Source: Candidatus Heimdallarchaeota archaeon
GTDB lineage: Archaea; Asgardarchaeota; Heimdallarchaeia; Heimdallarchaeales; JAJRWK01
DNA: 24,000 bases
Assembly: GCA_027001645.1 (NCBI GenBank)
Contig: JALTMP010000180.1
Location: 12,197 to 36,196, forward strand
Reading direction: 5' to 3'
The notes beneath the pieces are model-generated. The model did not search any database and was not told where the DNA came from. It worked only from the letters and a program-made list of their open reading frames with translations. The stretch's first letter is position 1. Each line of letters opens with the position of its first letter. A program made the translations under genes and the position numbers. Below, piece after piece: positions 17,884 to 24,000 of the stretch.

Positions 17884-17958
17884 GCTCCCAGGCTATGGGG
17901 GGCATGCCCGGGAGCCACTTCGATGCACTCGCGACCTCGCGGAGTGAGCATGAACTCC
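17884..17958. ncRNA. Candidate small structured RNA or structured UTR element: a GC-rich island with nested hairpins in the polB/EndoV-like intergenic region.
   Basis: Locally about 65% GC in a roughly 40% GC background. Stem GCTCCCAGGC (17884-17893) pairs with GCCCGGGAGC (17906-17915) with 1 mismatch. Perfect palindrome GGGCATGCCC at 17900-17909. Hairpin CACTC-GCG-ACCT-CGC-(G)-GAGTG at 17926-17946. Alternative stem GGAGT/ACTCC (17941-17945 / 17954-17958). Neither family nor strand could be assigned. Confidence 0.25.
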
Positions 17959-18065
17959 ATGAAATTTTAATATTTCAATGGAACGCTCCTTCTGGAACGT
18001 ATGTTCTATAATATTTGGTCATCCCATTCTTTATAAATCCATCGGCGCCACCTTTTACACTACTT

Positions 18066-18659
18066 CTAAACTGAAAATGACCGATCCTTTGAAAAATACG
18101 TTTTCACGGCATGACGTGCAAAATTTCGAAAGGGTAGCGACGCATGGTTCCGGTGTATCTTTTGAACAATCCATTCAAGCTCCTCCAATTCAACTCCCCA
18201 ACCAATTGAATAAAAAAAACCCTTTTTCAGCTCTCCTCTCAGAACTGCAAACCCTGTCTGCTCTCCTCTTGTTTCTAACTTATAGAGTTGCATCCCATAG
18301 TAACCCAAGTCCCCAACGAAATCTGTAACCCTGCTGTATGGTAGCAAACTATGGGCGACCCCTATTGACTTTACTCCCAAGGCCGCGCCTATACTACAAG
18401 CCAATCCCCAAAAGCGAGGATGTGCTTGGCCGTGTCCCAAAACCAATAAGAAATCATAATTTTCCGTAAAACGAGATATGAGATTTATCCATTCGTTCGC
18501 TTCATGCCATGCCCTCTCTTGTGAGACATAGCGTAGCTGAGAAGTATTCTGATATAAACAGGCCTTATCAATTAATCCTCTTTGAAGGTCCCACAACACA
18601 ATACAGCATCTGACCATTGAATCTTGAGCCTGTAAATACGGGAATAATATCTTCTTCAT
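18066..18659 (-). CDS. Endonuclease V-like protein (197 aa), short and with non-canonical active-site positions.
   Basis: [37 protein letters not shown] ([10 protein letters not shown] at 18414-18443) aligns to the EndoV core DGxGxxHPRxxGxAsHxGxxxxxPtIGvAK. Leu stands where the conserved Asp is expected, and His where the AK Lys is expected. The N-terminus is about 25-40 aa shorter than E. coli or Thermotoga EndoV. The start lies 16 nt downstream of the WD40 stop. Confidence 0.7.
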   Translation of the reverse strand: MKKILFPYLQAQDSMVRCCIVLWDLQRGLIDKACLYQNTSQLRYVSQERAWHEANEWINLISRFTENYDFLLVLGHGQAHPRFWGLACSIGAALGVKSIGVAHSLLPYSRVTDFVGDLGYYGMQLYKLETRGEQTGFAVLRGELKKGFFYSIGWGVELEELEWIVQKIHRNHASLPFRNFARHAVKTYFSKDRSFSV

Positions 18660-18675
18660 ACTTCACTAAACTGCT

Positions 18676-20058
18676 CTATGAGAATTGCGCAATCCATTCT
18701 AATTCAATTAACCACGTGATTTCCTCTGTATACCGAATAACGGGATATCCACTTTCAGTGATGCTTAGGAAAAACTCGATGCGTTCAGTGATTTCCTTGA
18801 TTTTTGCGGTGTCTTCAAGAAATGTGGCAACTTCACTTAAGAATTCTTTTTCCTTCTCGTAAGAAAACACTAGACAGATGCTTGCCCCAATTATCAATGG
18901 ACTTGGATATGATGGGGGAGAAACGTTTTTCGGCCGAACTTTCTTTAACAGCTTAATCGGCTTAAACTCCACTAAGTCATAAGTATAAACACGCCTTCTG
19001 TCTACAAGAAATAGTACCTGCTCATTAATTGAGAGCTTCTCAACCTCTCCTCTTGGTGGAGTAATGTGAAATGTTGGTTCCGATGCTGGGTATTCGTAAA
19101 TTTCCACTACCGCACCATCATAAAGTGCTAAGACACTACGATTTGCAACAATTATCCTTGGTTGTCTTATTGGAGGAACTACACGAAGTTCGCGGTAAAT
19201 TTCTGCGTCCCAGAATCGAAGACATCCTGTTTCATCTCCTGTAAGAATGCCCTTGTCTGTGATCCCGCTAGCTGTCAACGCATTGGTATGCCCAAGAAGC
19301 GTTGCTTTGAGCTCAAAATTCTGCAAGCTCCATATCTTTGCCACTCCATGTTCCGAACCTACGAGAACATGGGTTGAGGACCCTGCAAGAATGCTTGGTT
19401 TTCCTATCCCACTGAATCGGTGAATTTCTGCAAACGACACCAAATCCCAAACAATTACAAGATCATCCTGACCTGTGGATATCAAATGATACTCCGTTAA
19501 GACAACATCTGTTACCTTTCCAGCATGTGCAACAACAAATCCAATTCTTGACTTCTGTTCAAGATCCCAGACCTCGAACATTCCATCTTCTCGTCCCAAC
19601 GCGACATAGCCTCGACTAACATGAACTGTTGTATAATTTATTCCTTCGCTACGTATTTCGAGAGACTTTATCTCGTTTTCAAAAACATAAGCTACGTCTC
19701 CAGAAACAATACATGTGAAGTCTTCGCTTGCTGAGAAATCGGTAAATGAATTGTTTTCTGGCAACGCTATTTGAAACTCTAATTCGGATGTACTAGTGTT
19801 CCAGCACTGAATATACTCGTTCCTAACACTAACTAAAAATTTCGTTGGTTTTGCAAGGATCGCTTTGGTAATGGGGGCGGTAAATTGCACGATAAAGAGC
19901 ATTTTTTGTTTTTCTAAGTCCCACAAGACTATTGAATTGTCCGCTGAGCAAGAAAGAACAAGGTAATCATAACAGCTAATATGGGTTACTGTGTCGGAAT
20001 GTCCTTCCCTCAAAACTGCTGGAATAAATAAAGGATGTTCCCTATGATGTTCTTGCAT
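18676..20058 (-). CDS. WD40 beta-propeller protein with a C-terminal extension of about 150 aa of unknown function.
   Basis: Repeated WD-like units: HSDTVTHISCYDYLVLSCSADNSIVLWDL, HAGKVTDVVLTEYHLISTGQDDLVIVWDL, HGVAKIWSL, GHTNALTASGITDKGILTGDETGCLRFWD. Confidence 0.85.
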   Translation of the reverse strand: MQEHHREHPLFIPAVLREGHSDTVTHISCYDYLVLSCSADNSIVLWDLEKQKMLFIVQFTAPITKAILAKPTKFLVSVRNEYIQCWNTSTSELEFQIALPENNSFTDFSASEDFTCIVSGDVAYVFENEIKSLEIRSEGINYTTVHVSRGYVALGREDGMFEVWDLEQKSRIGFVVAHAGKVTDVVLTEYHLISTGQDDLVIVWDLVSFAEIHRFSGIGKPSILAGSSTHVLVGSEHGVAKIWSLQNFELKATLLGHTNALTASGITDKGILTGDETGCLRFWDAEIYRELRVVPPIRQPRIIVANRSVLALYDGAVVEIYEYPASEPTFHITPPRGEVEKLSINEQVLFLVDRRRVYTYDLVEFKPIKLLKKVRPKNVSPPSYPSPLIIGASICLVFSYEKEKEFLSEVATFLEDTAKIKEITERIEFFLSITESGYPVIRYTEEITWLIELEWIAQFS

Positions 20059-20082
20059 ATTTCATGCTAGTAAATGATTTCA

Positions 20083-20092
20083 TATTATAAAA
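20083..20092 (-). promoter_or_regulatory. TATA-box-like element (minus-strand TTTTATAATA) upstream of the WD40 gene.
   Basis: The element lies 24 nt upstream of the ATG at 20058 with no SD-like sequence between. This spacing is expected for an archaeal promoter producing a leaderless mRNA. Confidence 0.4.
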
Positions 20093-20302
20093 GAATCCGT
20101 GGAAGAATGGCTGATTGATGGAGCCGAGTGACTCGACTCAGTTCATCGATCCCCCAAAGGGTACTCCCTGGGTCTTAAGGTTCTCGACTCCAAGAACTGG
20201 TCGAAAATCCAAAGTATAAGCATTGTTATGGGTTCGCATAGGACCAATCTCACCTTCTTCCCCCAAACTTGTTTGAAACTTCTGGCGGCCCTTTTTCAGT
20301 AA

Positions 20303-21433
20303 CTAATCTGAAAATTCAGTCAATATCCATCGTTTGATAGTTTCTGACGCTGCGATTACTTCTCTAATGGGCACTCGCTCATTTGTCTGGTGACATAGGT
20401 CTGGATCTCCCGGCCCAAAGATGATGAATGGGACGGGCTCTTGTTCCCGAACACATAGAATCGCCGCATCAGTCGCGTACCTCAAGCCTGTTATCTGTTT
20501 TTGCTCTCCAGTTACTTCTGAAACGATATTCAATACATCTTCTGCCCAGACAATGTCGGGATTCTCTAATGGAACCAATCTATGAACCACTTCCATTGTA
20601 TATGAGAACTCCGTTCGGGTATCTTCTTCTGCAAGAATATTCTTAAGCTTAGAATCAACGTCTTCGAGACTAGAGTGGGGTGAAATGCGGTAGTCCAAAG
20701 ATACAAACGTTGTTTCAGGAACAACATTCGGTTTCGTGCCGCCCCTGATCACGCCAATATTTAAGGAAGAAGGGCCTACCAATTCGTGATCATCACTCGG
20801 GATTGCTTCGTAAAATCGGGGCAAAATTCTGGCCATTTCTACGATACTATTTTTTCCTAAGTGAGGGTATGCTCCATGTGCACTCTTACCGTGCACTGTC
20901 ACGTTTACCCAGAAGACTCCCTTTTCCGCAATGCCAATGTTAAGACTTGTCGGCTCTGCAATGAGGATCTTTTCCACACCTTCCATCATTCCCTTTTCAA
21001 CAGCTCTTCTGGCCCCGTTCATGTTGATCTCTTCTTCAGTCGTTAAGATTAGGCGAACTTCTGGAGTTGGCTTGTCAGATGAAGCTAAGTCGAGAAAGGC
21101 TCTGACAATGCTCGCGATGCCTCCTTTCATATCAACAGAACCCCTTCCCCAGACATGATCATCAACAATTTCACCCGCGAGAGGATCGTGAGCCCATTTG
21201 CTTTTTTCACCAATCGGAACGGTGTCCAAGTGCCCTGACAGTGCAACCGTGTGATCCAAATCACCTTTTATGGTTGCATAAAGATTGGATCGTTCGGGGC
21301 TATATTCATCAATCTCTGCAGCAATCCCTACCTCCTTAATTGCATCTCTTATTAGGCTAGCCGCTTGCAAGCTCCTTCCTTCTTGGGTGTCTAATCGAAG
21401 CAAAGATTGAAGCAATTCAATCGCTTGATCCAT
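20303..21433 (-). CDS. M20-family metallo-deacylase/peptidase (ArgE/DapE/LysK-like).
   Basis: SGHLDTVP, GRGSVDMKGG, LILTTEEEINMNG and HGKSAHGAYPHLG motifs. I place the start at the internal Met (MDQAIELLQ, ATG at 21433). The first 26 residues of the track ORF (MSNLFLFFPLNHFFSNVQILSFVFYR) look like translated AT-rich leader. Confidence 0.88.
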   Translation of the reverse strand: MDQAIELLQSLLRLDTQEGRSLQAASLIRDAIKEVGIAAEIDEYSPERSNLYATIKGDLDHTVALSGHLDTVPIGEKSKWAHDPLAGEIVDDHVWGRGSVDMKGGIASIVRAFLDLASSDKPTPEVRLILTTEEEINMNGARRAVEKGMMEGVEKILIAEPTSLNIGIAEKGVFWVNVTVHGKSAHGAYPHLGKNSIVEMARILPRFYEAIPSDDHELVGPSSLNIGVIRGGTKPNVVPETTFVSLDYRISPHSSLEDVDSKLKNILAEEDTRTEFSYTMEVVHRLVPLENPDIVWAEDVLNIVSEVTGEQKQITGLRYATDAAILCVREQEPVPFIIFGPGDPDLCHQTNERVPIREVIAASETIKRWILTEFSD

Positions 21434-21538
21434 ACGGTAAAAGACGAAAGAGAGGATTTGAACATTACTAAAAAAGTGATTCAAAGGGAAGAAAAGAAAA
21501 AGATTGCTCAAATCAGTGTTTAGTTTATCCCCGTTGCT

Positions 21539-22969
21539 CTAGTGGGGCTTTGAAATTGCCTCAAGGTCTTCCCTGACTTCCTTTGGCGGTGGAGGGATGA
21601 AACCTTCTCGCATTAACATTTTGGTCATCTGCTCGGAACGCATAATCATCGAGCTCGCCTTCTCTAATAGCTCTGCTCTCGAAGGCTTGATCCTAGCAAT
21701 TCCATGCCTTATTGCTGCTTCACCAACAGCTACGGCTTCATTGATGAAGACTTCTCTTTGTTCCATTGTTGGCACAATATGGTCCGGTCTCAGCCCATCT
21801 ATTTCAGCAACCTCTGCAATCGCATACGATGCCGCTAGCACCATTTCATCAGTTATTGTAGTTGCTCTAACATCAAGAGCACCTCTGAATATTCCAGGAA
21901 ATCCCAAGCTATTGTTAATCTGGTTATCAAAGTCGCATCTTCCCGTAGCAACTATTGCTGCTCCTGCTTCCTTAGCATCCCAAGGCCAGATCTCTGGCAA
22001 TGGATTCGCACAACAGAACACAATTGGGTTCGAAGCCATGCTTCTCACATGCTCTTTAGTTACCGTCCCCGGTTTTGGAGTGGACATAGCAATAAGAACA
22101 TCTGCTCCTTCAACTGCTTCACTTAATCCGCCGACCTTTCCTTCAGCATTTCCTCGAACAGCGAACTCCCATTTCTGCGGGTATTTATTTTTCAAGATTT
22201 TTCGATCTTCTCTATTTGGATGCAAGATGCCCTTACTATCCACCATGATAACATTTGACATCTTGGCTCCCGCCGTGACAATCAACCTTGCTATTGCAAT
22301 ATTCGCCGCCCCTGCTCCCAGAAACGTGATCTTGACTTCATTAATCCTTTTCCCCACTATTTTTAACGCGTTAATAAGTCCCGCTAAAGTAATTGCAGCA
22401 GTTCCTTGCTGATCGTCATGCCAAACCGGGATGCTTACCTCTTTGTCTTTTCTTAATCTATCAAGAATTTCAAAGCACTTCGGTTGAGAAATATCTTCCA
22501 GATTGATTCCTCCGAATGATGGCTGAAGCCACTTCACGAATTGAATGATCTCCTCGGGTTCGTGAGCATTTGTGCAAACCGGAAATGCATCAACCCCACC
22601 TAGATATTTGAATAACAACGCCTTTCCTTCCATCACAGGAAGTCCTGCTTCTGGACCAATATTTCCTAACCCCAGGACGCGCGATCCGTCTGATACTACA
22701 GCTACCGTGTTCCACTTAAAAGTGTGCTCATAAGCTGCATTCATTGATCCTGACTTCATGTCTTCTTCTATTATGCGACAAGAACGAGCAACACCAGGAG
22801 TGTACCAAATACTGAAGTCTTGCATTCCCTTGACTCGACATTTAGGAACAACTTCTATTTTCCCGCCATAGTATGGGTGGAGGATTGCTGCTAATTTTGA
22901 AGGGATTCTTGCTCTCCTCTTTAGTTCATCTATGGTTGGCTTTTCCTTTTCATCTATGACTCGTTGCAT
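21539..22969 (-). CDS. NAD(P)-dependent malic enzyme (short prokaryotic type).
   Basis: N-terminal [14 protein letters not shown]...[25 protein letters not shown], Rossmann [14 protein letters not shown], and [15 protein letters not shown] lies 3 nt upstream of the ATG. Confidence 0.93.
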   Translation of the reverse strand: MQRVIDEKEKPTIDELKRRARIPSKLAAILHPYYGGKIEVVPKCRVKGMQDFSIWYTPGVARSCRIIEEDMKSGSMNAAYEHTFKWNTVAVVSDGSRVLGLGNIGPEAGLPVMEGKALLFKYLGGVDAFPVCTNAHEPEEIIQFVKWLQPSFGGINLEDISQPKCFEILDRLRKDKEVSIPVWHDDQQGTAAITLAGLINALKIVGKRINEVKITFLGAGAANIAIARLIVTAGAKMSNVIMVDSKGILHPNREDRKILKNKYPQKWEFAVRGNAEGKVGGLSEAVEGADVLIAMSTPKPGTVTKEHVRSMASNPIVFCCANPLPEIWPWDAKEAGAAIVATGRCDFDNQINNSLGFPGIFRGALDVRATTITDEMVLAASYAIAEVAEIDGLRPDHIVPTMEQREVFINEAVAVGEAAIRHGIARIKPSRAELLEKASSMIMRSEQMTKMLMREGFIPPPPKEVREDLEAISKPH

Positions 22970-23561
22970 TTGATCACCGTAACACTTAACCTCACTCTTT
23001 TTTTGTTGTGCAATAAAATATATTTGTTAATTAAGATTTGGAATTATGGTGTTTTTTATCAAAACTCATCAACTATTTTTCAAAAAATAGTAGGATAAAT
23101 GTATCATGTAGCGATCTCCTATTTTCTCCCTCGCCCCCTACCCTATTCGGAACGAGGGGAATCCATGCTAGAAAAACGGTCTCCTACTTATCTTGCTTGC
23201 TTTATGCGTTTATTGTACAATCTTCGCATGTTTATTACAACATCATTGTTGCGGTTATGTGCTGGAGGTATGAACATGTCAAGCGGCTCACAACAGTCAA
23301 ATCACGGGGTAAAACTGTATGGGGATACATACCTGTTCAAGTATGCTGTTTTTTGGAAGGGAGAACCCTTGAGTCTGGTTGCATATTGCTCCTTACTGCA
23401 TTCTGTATTAGCCTTGTCTTAGCGGTTCACACCATAACCGTTGTGTTAATCTTCCTTAGTAATCGAAGTGATTGGATTTGTCTTAACAAAAAACCAGAAA
23501 TGATTTAGAATATTTACTGCAATATCAAATTTAGAGGGAATAACTTTAGCGGTGTACCTGA

Positions 23562-24000
23562 GTGACAAGTCAAATTAGAGCCGAGCATCCCATAACCCTT
23601 TATCTTGTGAAAAAGAATGGGAAAATCTTGCAATTTCAACACAAGGATGGCTACTATCCTCTCACCTATTCTATATACTCTCTCTGCACGGGATCTCCTC
23701 AATCTATCATTGCTCTTGCAGAGGGAATCTACTCAAAATCATATCCTTTTCTTCAAACTATCCTACTTACTAAGCCAGAACCTCACTTAGCAAAAGTTGC
23801 AATTTATAGAGAAAAGGATCTGCATGAAGACGAAGTCCTTGTTGCCTTAAAACCTGTCAAAGTTTTCAAAGAGCTTGATGTAGAAGCTATTCTGAATATT
23901 CAGCGATTTGAATCCATTTTCGACAATTTCGTTCAAGGATTTTCAATCCATGTTGGTAATGACTTAGTCCCCATCGCGCTAAATGATCGGTTTTGCAAGT
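23562..24000 (+). CDS. Hypothetical protein, 5' partial view. The ORF runs off the right edge.
   Basis: My own translation; not in the supplied track. The frame is open from the TGA at 23559-23561 to the window end, about 146 codons. Candidate GTG starts lie at 23562 (GGTG about 9 nt upstream) and 23607, with no in-frame ATG. The translation looks protein-like (..KNGKILQFQHKDGYYPLTYSIYS...KPVKVFKELDVEAILNIQRFESIFDNFVQGF..). No family recognised. Confidence 0.45.
   Translation, partial: MTSQIRAEHPITLYLVKKNGKILQFQHKDGYYPLTYSIYSLCTGSPQSIIALAEGIYSKSYPFLQTILLTKPEPHLAKVAIYREKDLHEDEVLVALKPVKVFKELDVEAILNIQRFESIFDNFVQGFSIHVGNDLVPIALNDRFCK

Noticed and set aside
20100-20300. A possible tRNA or other RNA gene in the 244-nt gap between the WD40 and M20 genes, suggested by strings such as GGGTTCGCATAGGACC.
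   Set aside because: I could not build an acceptor stem or a 5-bp T-arm with a 7-nt loop on either strand, so there is no cloverleaf support.
20138-20305. A 54-codon open frame continuing in-frame past the TAG stop of the M20 gene (LLKKGRQKF...GVPFGGSMN). This raises the idea of TAG read-through or recoding.
   Set aside because: The extension has no recognisable domain, and M20 homology is complete before the TAG. A short open stretch in one of three frames is plausible by chance. There is no other sign of TAG reassignment in the window, because other genes also end in TAG (e.g. the herA-like and MCM-like genes) without such open in-frame extensions.
21434-21511. A 26-codon N-terminal extension of the M20 enzyme given in the ORF track.
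   Set aside because: The sequence MSNLFLFFPLNHFFSNVQILSFVFYR looks like translated AT-rich leader. M20 homology begins at the internal Met (MDQAIELLQ...), so I moved the start to 21433.
21597-22412. A 271-aa plus-strand ORF antisense to malic enzyme, plus many other antisense ORFs inside large genes (e.g. 4627..5007, 7014..7316, 9695..10048, 15990..16376, 17978..18328, 10485..10790).
   Set aside because: These are shadow ORFs opposite genes with strong family motifs. Their translations are Ser/Leu/Ile-rich with no recognisable motifs.
10493-22969. Fumarase and malic enzyme as a linked C4-dicarboxylate 'system'.
   Set aside because: The two genes are about 10 kb apart, separated by unrelated genes, and are ordinary central-metabolism enzymes. 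Nothing suggests a novel arrangement.
1-24000. CRISPR arrays, long tandem or inverted repeats, transposase or integrase genes, and prophage signatures.
   Set aside because: No regularly spaced direct repeats or mobile-element genes were seen on reading both strands. Composition appears uniform by eye. Manual inspection cannot exclude short dispersed repeats.

Overview
The window is gene-dense, about 40% GC, and mostly coding. I recognised no rRNA, tRNA, CRISPR array, transposase or integrase. I support 16 protein genes. Two of them run off the window edges and are missing from the supplied ORF track.

Housekeeping genes with clear motif support are class II fumarate hydratase, NAD(P) malic enzyme, a group II PLP decarboxylase, an M20 deacylase/peptidase, a PlsC-type acyltransferase and a family-B DNA polymerase.

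The host is probably archaeal. Evidence is PolB, a NurA/HerA pair, an MCM-derived protein, and TATA-like boxes about 20-25 nt upstream of two start codons. The WD40, kinase-like and PlsC genes make an Asgard-like lineage a reasonable guess, but this is inference only.

The best candidate for an undescribed system is the left 6.8 kb. A catalytically dead, N-lobe-less kinase-like domain fused to a STAND/AAA P-loop NTPase, preceded by a small unknown protein, lies divergent from a tightly coupled NurA-like nuclease and HerA-like ATPase. The NurA-like protein carries an inserted winged-helix-like segment. A YdjM/DUF457-like membrane hydrolase follows. No Mre11/Rad50 is present in the window.

Two further oddities stand out. 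The first is a 489-aa protein that is colinear with MCM (pre-AAA linker, decayed Walker A/B, decayed Arg-finger region, lid, C-terminal winged helix) and lies next to polB. The second is an EndoV-like protein lacking the canonical DGxG aspartate, sitting 16 nt downstream of a WD40 propeller gene.

All family assignments come from motif reading by eye and from memory of family consensus. No database search was run.
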